A DNA stretch of 58,413 bases. Source: an uncultured bacterium. Lineage in GTDB: Bacteria; Hydrothermota; Hydrothermia; WGAB01. The notes beneath the pieces were generated by a model that saw only the letters and a list, made by a program, of their open reading frames with translations, was not told the DNA's origin and ran no database searches. This document shows, piece after piece, positions 38,071 through 46,474 of the stretch; within the stretch, counting starts at the first letter, position 1; every line of letters begins with the position of its first letter. Position numbers and translations under genes: made by a program. Location of the stretch: contig CAYQZW010000001.1 of assembly GCA_964422065.1 (NCBI GenBank), forward strand, positions 1 to 58,413, given 5' to 3'.

Positions 38071-39366
38071 TTACCAGTACCAGCGGACCGTATATTGGAT
38101 CACGGTTTCCCCATGTGCGGGCACCGTGGGACGAAACTCCACGGTATAGGCATCCCGTTTTTGATAGGGTTCTGAACTCGACACGATTTCCCAATCCCCG
38201 TAAAACTTTTGGACTACGGTGACGGCAACTGGCTGGTCTTTACTGTTCCGGAGCCGGACCTCGCGTTCCTCTTCCCGGACCTTCTCCCGGATCTTTTGGG
38301 AACGGATCACGCGGGATTCCCCTTTGAGGTCAAAGGCATCCCCTACGTAGAGCCGGACGGGGGCTCCCTCCGGGACATGGGGGATCTGGTCTTCGCCCAC
38401 GAATATAGGTGTGCCCTCAGCATCGACCTGGAAGACCCGAACGATGCCGGAAGGCAGAGGTTGGCCGAGACCGGTCTCCTTTTTGTTTTCGAACTCAATC
38501 TTGATCTTGACCCGTTCGTCGCCCTCGTAGACATACACCTTTTGGGCGGGGACACGGTGGGGGGCCAGGAAGAGGAAGTGCTGGCGCTCGCCATCCTGGA
38601 TCGTGATGGGCCGGGGGAAGGGGTAGAGGTGGTACTCGAAGAAGGCCTGAGCACGCGGGGTAGGGGCTGCCGCCTTCCGCTGTTCCGCGTAAAACACGGG
38701 AGGCGGAGAAGTCAGCTGCGCACGGTGGATCGTTCCGGCAACCAATTGGAGAGTGGCGTCTTGGAAGGTTTTCCCTGAGGTGTTGGTGATCGTAACCCAG
38801 CCGGAGAGCGTCAGGGTGTCGTTCTGGAACTGGGCATCGTAATACGCTTGCCAGGAGAGGCCTTGGGTGAGGTAGGAGAGGTGTGCAGGTTGTGTGCCGG
38901 TGCGCCGGGAGACGACGGTCGCAAGAAGCGTTGCCTCACGGTCGGAGGGGAGAGAAAGTTCCGGGAAGTCGATCCGGGAAATTTCATCCTGGGCAATGAA
39001 ACTGGGATGCCCGTCAAGTTCAACGATCAGGCCACCGGAGGCGGTGGCCAGGTAGGTGGCTTCCAGGGTCTGACCGTTGGTAAGGGAAAGACGGAGGGGT
39101 TTCCCGGCCGACTGCTGGTACAGGGTCTGGAGGGTGAGAGAGGGCGTATGATACCGCTGTTCCAGGACCTGGGTGCCTGGGATCTGGATCCGGATGCTCG
39201 TCGGGTCAACCTGCAGAGGGAGGTCCCGAAAGATGAGGGTTTGCGTCCCCTTTTTCATGGCGACGGTTCGGGATTCCTGGACCAACGCCAGGTTCTCCTG
39301 ATATACCGTGACCTTCGGACTCACAGAAAGGATCACGAACCAAAGACTGCCGATCATGCCGGACAT
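38071..39366 (-). CDS. DUF4139/DUF4140-like (MuiA-like) protein
   Basis: N-terminal anchor, then VTVYQENLALVQESR...LPLQVDPTSIRIQ, which is DUF4140-like, followed by a long beta-rich region. RBS GGAGGTGA. Confidence 0.55.
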   Translation of the reverse strand: MSGMIGSLWFVILSVSPKVTVYQENLALVQESRTVAMKKGTQTLIFRDLPLQVDPTSIRIQIPGTQVLEQRYHTPSLTLQTLYQQSAGKPLRLSLTNGQTLEATYLATASGGLIVELDGHPSFIAQDEISRIDFPELSLPSDREATLLATVVSRRTGTQPAHLSYLTQGLSWQAYYDAQFQNDTLTLSGWVTITNTSGKTFQDATLQLVAGTIHRAQLTSPPPVFYAEQRKAAAPTPRAQAFFEYHLYPFPRPITIQDGERQHFLFLAPHRVPAQKVYVYEGDERVKIKIEFENKKETGLGQPLPSGIVRVFQVDAEGTPIFVGEDQIPHVPEGAPVRLYVGDAFDLKGESRVIRSQKIREKVREEEREVRLRNSKDQPVAVTVVQKFYGDWEIVSSSEPYQKRDAYTVEFRPTVPAHGETVIQYTVRWYW

Positions 39367-39513
39367 GGATCACCTCCATTCACACTTTATTGTAACCGAT
39401 TTTCTCAGTCCTCTGATGAGTCCAGGTTCGGGTGTAAAATACAGGCTCAAAAGCCAGGCTTGGTCAAAAATCAAAGAACTTGGGTGGTGTGAGGCCCAGG
39501 GAAGGAGTTGGGA

Positions 39514-42500
39514 ATGATTCTGAGGGTGTTGGTTCTTGCGGTGGTTGCTGGGACGGGGGGTGGCATAAAGGTGGAGGCCCAATCAACTCAGGTTACTCGG
39601 CTCCGGATTTCCGTGGTCCCCCACTCCCGGATCGCGGCCCTCGTGGCTGTCCCGGAGGGGAGTGTCCCCGAGGTCCGTATGGTTGAGCCGAAGAGCGCCC
39701 CCGGCCTTCAACTGGAGAGCCATCCCGTGGCCAAGATCCGGGACTTTACCGTGATCCCCGTCACGATCCGGGCAGATTCCCTGGACTCTGTGGCGGAGGT
39801 CGTTGTGGACGTACTCCATCCCGGCGGGGCGTACCCCAGGACATACACTCCGAGTTTTGAGGGCTTGTACCGTCAGGTGATTGTGAACTTTGAGGCCCTT
39901 TCCGTCTCTCCGGCCCCTCCTGTGGTGCTGGAGCACCCCGAGGGTGCCCGGTACCTCATCATTGCCCCGGACAATTTCGTAGGGGCGTTGCAGCCCCTTG
40001 TGGAGTGGAAGACCCAAAAGGGGATGCTGGCGAGGATTGTGCCCCTCTCGTTGACCGGGGCGTCGTCCGCGCAAATCAAGAACTACATCCAGACAGCCTA
40101 CGATACCTGGGAGATCCCTCCCGAGTTTGTCCTTCTGGCAGGGAGCGCCCAGCAGATCCCCTTCACCGGCACGGACAACTTCTATGTCACCGTGGATGGA
40201 ACCGATCCCTTGATCGACATCTTTGTGGGCCGGTTCCCGGCGAATACGGAGACAGAGATCGCCACCATGGTCGCCAAGACCGTAGCCTACGAGACGGTCG
40301 ATCCGGTATGGCCGGACACCCTATGGTTCGAAAGGGCCACGATCATTGTTCGCAACGATTATGATGATGACGATTCGATTTATTACGCGGACGCCCAGGT
40401 CGCCCAGACCTACCTCCGGCATGAGGGGTATACCCAGGTGGATCTTTTTGACCGTTTACATGGGAACACGGCGTCGGATGTCATCCTCAGTGTGAACGAG
40501 GGACGTTCGATCGTTTTTTATCGGGGCCAGGGGGTGGGCAACTGGTGGCCTCCTTTCGAAGTGAACCCCTATGGGCTCCAAAATGGATGGAAACTCCCCA
40601 TCGTCATCTCAACGACCTGTGCGACCATTGATCCCTACACCGGAAATGCCGCTGGAGAGCAGTGGATGAAGGCCGGAACAGCGTCGAGTCCCAAGGGGGC
40701 CGTGGGCTTCTTCGGCACCACGACCGTCCGAAGCCATGTCGCTCACTTACGGAGTGCCGTGGCCCAGGGGTTTTTCTATGCGGCCTTCGATACCCCCTAT
40801 GTCTCGACTCTGATGGAAGCCTGCGAGGTCGGCCGGCTGAACCTCCTCTTTACTTACGGGGACCTGACCGACTACAACGGCTTTCTCCTATTGGGCGATC
40901 CGGAATTGACCCTCCGCACAAAGGTCCCCCAACCCCTGAATGTCATGTATCCGAACGTGGTTCCCGTGGGTCAGGCTGACCTGACCTTCTGGGTCTCCGA
41001 TCCTAACGGTCTCCCCGTCCCCGGCGCCCTGGTGGCCCTCTCTCTGGATACCCTTTTTGATGCCTTTGGCTATACGGATTCCACGGGTTCCGTGACCTTT
41101 TCGGTAGATCTGAGTGTGCCGGGGTTCCTGGATTTTCAGGTGACCCGACGGAACTATTTGCCGTACCAGGATTCGTTGGCGATTATCCCGGAGGGGCCCT
41201 ATCCCGGTGAGGTCTCCTACCTCTTCCACGACGATCAAGGGAATGCCGATGGCCACCCAAATCCAGGTGAGACCCTCAGGTTGGACCTCAGGGTTATCAA
41301 TGTAGGAACACAAGACGCCCATAACCTTCAGGCAATCTTGCGTTCTCCCAGTCCTTCCCTTGTGCTTCAGGATTCCACGGCGTGGCTCGGGACCCTGGCT
41401 GCCGGAGACTCCCTCTGGATCCCCGACGCCTTCCGGCTCTGGATCCGTCCGGATGCCACAGCCGAAGAGCCTTTAGCCCTCGGCGTGGCCTTCGAAGCGA
41501 CGGAAGGTTCCTGGACCCTCCCTCTGCCTCCACTGGTGGTTTACGCCCCCAAGGCCGTTGTCCTGGGGTTCCGCCTGGAAGACCCTGTCCCAGGGGGCAA
41601 CGCCAACGGTCAGCCCGAGCCCGGAGAAGCCGTGAAACTTTACCCGATCTTCAAAAACACAGGCAACGCCCCCCTGGGGCTCTCCACCCTTCACCTCTTA
41701 CCCAACGACCACTATGGCACGTCAGACGGCCAGAGTTACCTCCTCTCCCTGAACCCTGGACAAACCGATACCCTCTCTGATCCCCTGGCCATCGTCATTG
41801 ATCCGTCACTGGTAGCAGGCACCGTACTCACCCTTCCCATTGAAATTCAGGGGGACGCGGAGACCTATGTGTATCGAGATACGACCTCGTGGGATCTTGT
41901 CATTTCAGGAGTGCCTCAAACCTCGTTGCCTACAGGGCCAGATGGGTATGGCTATTACATCTACGACGACACGGATCTCTCCTCCGGGAACGCTCCGCCC
42001 TTTGCGTGGGTAGAGATCGCCCCACCCGACGGGCCGGGCACCTTGATTCCGGAGATCACCGACCAAGATGCGGATACGGTGACCCTACCGCTCCCGTTTA
42101 CGTTCGTCTTCTACGGCGATACCTTTACCCAGATCGGAGTTGCGTCTAACGGGTTCCTCGAGCTCGGAGGCTCTACGTATCGGTTTGGCGCCAACGAACC
42201 GATCCCCCAGGCTGGTGGGCCGCGCGCCCTGATCGCCCCCTTCTGGGATGACTTGGACCCGTCCGTGGGCGGCGATATTTATCAATGGTATGACTCCGTC
42301 GGACACCGATGGATCGTGGAGTTCAAGGATGTGGAACATTACGGCGGTGGAGACCCAGAGACCTTTGAGGTCATCCTTCTCGATCCCGCATATGATCCCA
42401 CGCCGACCGGGGACGGTGAGATCCTGATCCTATACCAGGTCGTCTCAGACATCTCTTCGGCGACAGTTGGGATCGAGGACCCGACGGAATCGATCGGCAT

Positions 42501-43260
42501 ACAGTACGTGTTCAACAACGGGTATGATCCCTATGCGACGCAGATTGCGAGCGGTCGAGCCCTCCGCATCACGACGGTTCCTCCCCAGGCCCAACCGCCC
42601 ACTCTTTGGGTCCACACCGTAGACACCTTTGCCCTCGCGGATACCGTAGGAGGCAATGGGGACGGTGTCCCCGAGCCCGGAGAGACCCTGGAAGTCTGGA
42701 TTCCGTTAACCAATGGCGGAGTGGCGACCGCCCCAGAAGTCCGATTGACGGTCACTCAACCCCTCTCCCAGGTCCATCTCCTGGATTCCATCGTCACGTA
42801 CGGGGATCTTGCCCCTGGGGATACGGTCTGGCCGACATCGCCCTGGCGGGTGGCCATCGCACCAGAGTTTCCGGATACTGGGGTGGAGTTCACCTTGAAC
42901 ATCGAAATCCAGGACACTCTGGGGACGTTGATTGAATATTGGGGGCTCCTGTTTACGGTATACCAGACCCAGGAAGCCTCTCTACGACCTCCTCTGGTCT
43001 GGCGCTTGGGGCCGGTCTATCCGAACCCCTCTCCGGGGTCAATGCTGCTGCGGTTTGAAGTGCCGAAGCGGACCTCGGTGTCGTGGAGGGTATACGATTT
43101 GAGTGGCCGTCGTATCGTTGCGCACCGGCAGGTCTTCCGGCCTGGGATCTACACCGTCCCGGTCTTTCAGCCGGCCGAGGTTCCGCCCGTAGGCCTTTAC
43201 TTCCTTACTGTCCGTGCAGGACGTCATCGCTGGACGACGAAGGTCATGTTGGTCCGCTAA
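39514..43260 (+). CDS. peptidase C25 (gingipain) family protein with CARDB-like and NIDO-like modules and a T9SS C-terminal domain
   Basis: C25 core YLIIAPDNFVGALQPLVEWKTQKG...FVGRFPANTETEI...FYRGQGVGNWW...LPIVISTTCAT. Repeated xPEPGET modules. C-terminal WRVYDLSGRRI...GLYFLTVRAGRHRWTTKVMLVR. ATG 39514 lies 6 nt after GAAGGAG. Confidence 0.8.
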   Translation: MILRVLVLAVVAGTGGGIKVEAQSTQVTRLRISVVPHSRIAALVAVPEGSVPEVRMVEPKSAPGLQLESHPVAKIRDFTVIPVTIRADSLDSVAEVVVDVLHPGGAYPRTYTPSFEGLYRQVIVNFEALSVSPAPPVVLEHPEGARYLIIAPDNFVGALQPLVEWKTQKGMLARIVPLSLTGASSAQIKNYIQTAYDTWEIPPEFVLLAGSAQQIPFTGTDNFYVTVDGTDPLIDIFVGRFPANTETEIATMVAKTVAYETVDPVWPDTLWFERATIIVRNDYDDDDSIYYADAQVAQTYLRHEGYTQVDLFDRLHGNTASDVILSVNEGRSIVFYRGQGVGNWWPPFEVNPYGLQNGWKLPIVISTTCATIDPYTGNAAGEQWMKAGTASSPKGAVGFFGTTTVRSHVAHLRSAVAQGFFYAAFDTPYVSTLMEACEVGRLNLLFTYGDLTDYNGFLLLGDPELTLRTKVPQPLNVMYPNVVPVGQADLTFWVSDPNGLPVPGALVALSLDTLFDAFGYTDSTGSVTFSVDLSVPGFLDFQVTRRNYLPYQDSLAIIPEGPYPGEVSYLFHDDQGNADGHPNPGETLRLDLRVINVGTQDAHNLQAILRSPSPSLVLQDSTAWLGTLAAGDSLWIPDAFRLWIRPDATAEEPLALGVAFEATEGSWTLPLPPLVVYAPKAVVLGFRLEDPVPGGNANGQPEPGEAVKLYPIFKNTGNAPLGLSTLHLLPNDHYGTSDGQSYLLSLNPGQTDTLSDPLAIVIDPSLVAGTVLTLPIEIQGDAETYVYRDTTSWDLVISGVPQTSLPTGPDGYGYYIYDDTDLSSGNAPPFAWVEIAPPDGPGTLIPEITDQDADTVTLPLPFTFVFYGDTFTQIGVASNGFLELGGSTYRFGANEPIPQAGGPRALIAPFWDDLDPSVGGDIYQWYDSVGHRWIVEFKDVEHYGGGDPETFEVILLDPAYDPTPTGDGEILILYQVVSDISSATVGIEDPTESIGIQYVFNNGYDPYATQIASGRALRITTVPPQAQPPTLWVHTVDTFALADTVGGNGDGVPEPGETLEVWIPLTNGGVATAPEVRLTVTQPLSQVHLLDSIVTYGDLAPGDTVWPTSPWRVAIAPEFPDTGVEFTLNIEIQDTLGTLIEYWGLLFTVYQTQEASLRPPLVWRLGPVYPNPSPGSMLLRFEVPKRTSVSWRVYDLSGRRIVAHRQVFRPGIYTVPVFQPAEVPPVGLYFLTVRAGRHRWTTKVMLVR

Positions 43261-43282
43261 TGGTTTCGCTCCATACCGACAC

Positions 43283-43311
43283 TTGAAAAACCCACCCGGA
43301 GCCATTACCCT
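43283..43311 (+). promoter_or_regulatory. putative csoR-copA promoter TTGAAA-17-TACCCT
   Basis: TTGAAA at 43283-88, 17-nt spacer, TACCCT at 43306-11. The -10 abuts the operator palindrome. Confidence 0.45.
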
Positions 43312-43329
43312 ATACCCCCATAGGGTATA
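43311..43329. promoter_or_regulatory. CsoR-type operator: TATACCC-N5-GGGTATA
   Basis: 7-bp perfect arms read directly from the sequence, with an overlapping ACCCTA-N8-TAGGGT repeat. It lies 22 nt upstream of the csoR ATG, between the -10 and the RBS. Confidence 0.6.
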
Positions 43330-43350
43330 AATTGACTTTGGAGGTGCAGC

Positions 43351-43635
43351 ATGCGATACCAAAAACTCAATCCAAGATCAAAGGAGAAAGTGATGCCCCG
43401 CCTCCGCCGTATTGAAGGACAGGTGCGCGGGGTTTTGCAGATGGTCGAAGACGAACGATACTGTCCGGAGATCATCCATCAGATCACAGCGGTCAAACGC
43501 GCACTGGATCGTGTGGCTTTGATGATCCTGGAGGACCACATCAAAACCCACGTCCACGAAGCGCTACGGGCAGAGGAGGACGGAGAGAAGATCGTTGAAG
43601 AGTTGACGAAAACCCTCTTTCAACTGTTGAGGTAA
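43351..43635 (+). CDS. csoR: CsoR/RcnR-family metal-sensing repressor
   Basis: [39 protein letters not shown], with the Cys and His ligand positions present. Confidence 0.9.
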   Translation: MRYQKLNPRSKEKVMPRLRRIEGQVRGVLQMVEDERYCPEIIHQITAVKRALDRVALMILEDHIKTHVHEALRAEEDGEKIVEELTKTLFQLLR

Positions 43636-43640
43636 GAACC

Positions 43641-46076
43641 ATGGCAAACAAAAAGAAGGTTGTCGTTCCCGTTTCTGGGATGACGTGCACGAGTTGTGCA
43701 CGCACAGTGGAGAATGTGGCCAAGTCCACACCCGGCGTGGAGGAGGCCAAGGTGGAGTTCGCGGCCGGGCAGGCCGTGTTGGTCGTGGATCCCGATGTTC
43801 TGGAACCGGAGAAACTTCGCAAGGAGATTGAAGAGTTCGGATATCACCTCGGCATCGAGTCTACCCGACTCCAGGTCTTGGACCCCATCGATCCTGACGA
43901 GGCCCGGACAATCGAGCAGGTATTGCTCGAGGCCCCCGGAGTCCTTGACGTCGAGGTCCATAAGGTCACGGGGGTCATTCAGATCCGGTACACCCCAGTG
44001 GACTACCGGACAGAGGAAGTCCTCCGGCGTCTCCGTAGTCTGGGGAAGCGGGCCGAGGCCTTGGAGGAGATCCAGGATGTCTTCGAATTGGAGGAACGTG
44101 AGCGTGCACGCCACGTTCGGGCCCTGCGGAATCGCGTCATCGTAGGGATTCTCCTTTCAATTCCGATTGTGATCGGTACCTATGTGAAGAACCTGCCCTT
44201 CCTCTCGAATCCCTGGGTCCTCTGGCTCTTGGCAACTCCCGTTCAGTTCTACGTCGGCAGTAAGTTCCTCCGGGGTGCCTGGGGCGCACTCAAACACCGA
44301 ACGGCGGACATGAATGTCCTGGTTGCCCTGGGTACGCTGGCGGCTTACTTCTCCTCTCTGGCCTTTCTCCTGTTCCCCCAATTTTTCGCGAGATCCCAGA
44401 TCATTCAGGCTGAGGTCTATTTTGATGCCGCCGCAGTCATCGTCACGTTGGTGCTCTTAGGGAAATACTTGGAGGCCCGATCCCGAGCAAGAACAACAGA
44501 AGCCATGAGGAAACTCATGGCGCTCCAAGCGAAAACCGCCCGCGTCTTACGAGACGGTCAGGAGATCGAGGTCCCGATTTCGGAGATTCGTCCCGGGGAT
44601 CAAGTGATTGTACGGCCGGGCGAACGGGTCCCGGTGGATGGCGTGGTGCTGGAGGGGACCAGTTATGTAGACGAGTCCATGCTCACCGGGGAGCCCGTGC
44701 CTGTCCAGAAGGCACCGGGAGACGAGGTCGTGGGTGGAACCGTCAACCAATCCGGGCTCTTGAAGATCCGGGCCACGCGGGTGGGCGAGGAGACGGTCCT
44801 GGGTCAGATCATCCAGTTGATCCGTGACGCCCAGCGGAAGAAGGCCAACATCCAGCGCCTCGCCGATCGGATTGCGGCCATCTTTGTGCCCATTGTCTTT
44901 GGGATCGGGGCCCTCACCTTTATCGTCTGGATGATCTGGGGCCCGGCCCCGCAGTTCAACCACGCCCTCCTCTCCATGATCGCGGTGCTCGTTGTGGCGT
45001 GCCCGTGCGCCCTGGGGATCGCGACCCCTCTGGCCCTCACCGTAGGTGTAGGGAAAGGGGCAGAACATGGCATCCTCATCAAGAACCCGGAGGCCCTGGA
45101 GAAGGCACGCGAGATTGATGCGGTGGTCTTCGATAAGACCGGGACCCTAACCCTTGGCCGTCCAACGGTCACCGAGGTCTGGGTCCTCCACCGGGATGCG
45201 TCTGAGGTTCTCGCCCTGGCCGCTTCGGCGGAAACCGCGTCGCAGCACCCCCTCGCAGAAGCGATTGTCGAGGAAGCCAAAAACCGTGGCCTCTCCATCC
45301 AGATGCCGGAAGAGATGCAAGACTTTCCTGGACGCGGGGTCCAAGCCCGAATTGGCGATCAATGGGTCCGGGTCGGCCGACCCTCATGGTTTGAAGAAGA
45401 CGGGGTTCCCATCCCCGCAGAGTTCCAGGAAAAAGCTGAGGCCATGGAGCAACAGGCGATGACCGTGGTGGCTGTGGGCTCGCCGGAGGAGGTCTGGGGG
45501 CTCCTGGGCATTGCAGACCCGATCAAGCCCGAGGCGGCGGAAGTGGTGAACATCCTCAAACGCCAACACATCCGGGTCATCCTTTTGACGGGAGATAATG
45601 AGCGGACCGCGAAGGCCGTCGCACGATCCGTAGGGATCGAAGAAGTGATCGCACAGGTCCTGCCCCAGGACAAGACGCATGTGGTCGAGACCTTACAGGC
45701 CCGAGGGCACCGGGTGGCAATGGTCGGGGACGGCATTAACGATGCCCCCTCGTTGGCGACCGCGAATCTGGGGATCGCGATGGGGACAGGGACCGACATT
45801 GCTGGCGAGGCCGGGGACATCGTGCTCCTTTCCGGCAATCTGAAACTTGTCCCTGCCGCCATCCATCTGGCCCGCGCGACCCTTCAGACCATCAAACAAA
45901 ACCTGTTCTGGGCCTTCTTCTACAACGCTACCCTGATCCCCATAGCCGCGGGTGTCCTGTATCCGTTCACGGGTTGGGTGTTCCACCCGGTCTGGGCTGC
46001 CGCCGCGATGGCGACGAGTTCGGTCTCCGTTGTCTTGAACTCCTTACGACTCAAACGAACGCGTTTGGAGGTGTGA
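43641..46076 (+). CDS. copA: copper-translocating P1B-type ATPase
   Basis: N-terminal HMA domain [13 protein letters not shown] motif (VVACPCALG), [15 protein letters not shown]. Confidence 0.95.
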   Translation: MANKKKVVVPVSGMTCTSCARTVENVAKSTPGVEEAKVEFAAGQAVLVVDPDVLEPEKLRKEIEEFGYHLGIESTRLQVLDPIDPDEARTIEQVLLEAPGVLDVEVHKVTGVIQIRYTPVDYRTEEVLRRLRSLGKRAEALEEIQDVFELEERERARHVRALRNRVIVGILLSIPIVIGTYVKNLPFLSNPWVLWLLATPVQFYVGSKFLRGAWGALKHRTADMNVLVALGTLAAYFSSLAFLLFPQFFARSQIIQAEVYFDAAAVIVTLVLLGKYLEARSRARTTEAMRKLMALQAKTARVLRDGQEIEVPISEIRPGDQVIVRPGERVPVDGVVLEGTSYVDESMLTGEPVPVQKAPGDEVVGGTVNQSGLLKIRATRVGEETVLGQIIQLIRDAQRKKANIQRLADRIAAIFVPIVFGIGALTFIVWMIWGPAPQFNHALLSMIAVLVVACPCALGIATPLALTVGVGKGAEHGILIKNPEALEKAREIDAVVFDKTGTLTLGRPTVTEVWVLHRDASEVLALAASAETASQHPLAEAIVEEAKNRGLSIQMPEEMQDFPGRGVQARIGDQWVRVGRPSWFEEDGVPIPAEFQEKAEAMEQQAMTVVAVGSPEEVWGLLGIADPIKPEAAEVVNILKRQHIRVILLTGDNERTAKAVARSVGIEEVIAQVLPQDKTHVVETLQARGHRVAMVGDGINDAPSLATANLGIAMGTGTDIAGEAGDIVLLSGNLKLVPAAIHLARATLQTIKQNLFWAFFYNATLIPIAAGVLYPFTGWVFHPVWAAAAMATSSVSVVLNSLRLKRTRLEV

Positions 46077-46085
46077 ACATCAAGG

Positions 46086-46115
46086 GGCGGGGGCGCCCTC
46101 GAAGGCGCCCCCGCC
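46086..46115. terminator. GC-rich hairpin (12-bp perfect stem, loop CTCGAA) 10 nt after the copA stop; no U-tract
   Basis: GGCGGGGGCGCC ctcgaa GGCGCCCCCGCC, read directly from the sequence. Confidence 0.5.
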
Positions 46116-46474
46116 AAATCCATTCTGGAGCGTCCATCCATCCGTTGATTCGAAGCCCCGCCGTTGCACCCCTAAGGACCAGGTACCCCCTCACGAGTTG
46201 TATGAACTCCCACCCCTGAGAGGCTCTGGGGATCCCTCTCGGTCATCCCTTGTCACAGTTCCCCATTCTGGACTGGTCGGCCCGTAGCCCCAAGGATGGG
46301 AAGCGGGTCCGGAAACCAGGCAAGAAAGACGGCCCGAGGAGTGGCCGGAATAGAGGGCCCTGGGGACCGGAAGACCCTAAAGAGTCCAATCGCTCCCCTG
46401 GCCTGAACGATAGGCGTGTCGGTGGACACGCCGGAACAGGCCGTTGGCCAAGCCAGGGATCGTCCGCGCGGGGG

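Noticed and set aside
46077-46474. RNase P RNA, tmRNA or SRP RNA in the ~400-nt gap (the size would fit RNase P RNA).
   Set aside because: I could not find GAGGAAAGUCCGGGC or ACAGAAnCCGGCUUA-type RNase P motifs, a tRNA-like acceptor/T-arm pairing with a tag ORF, or the SRP domain IV GGAA tetraloop context on either strand.
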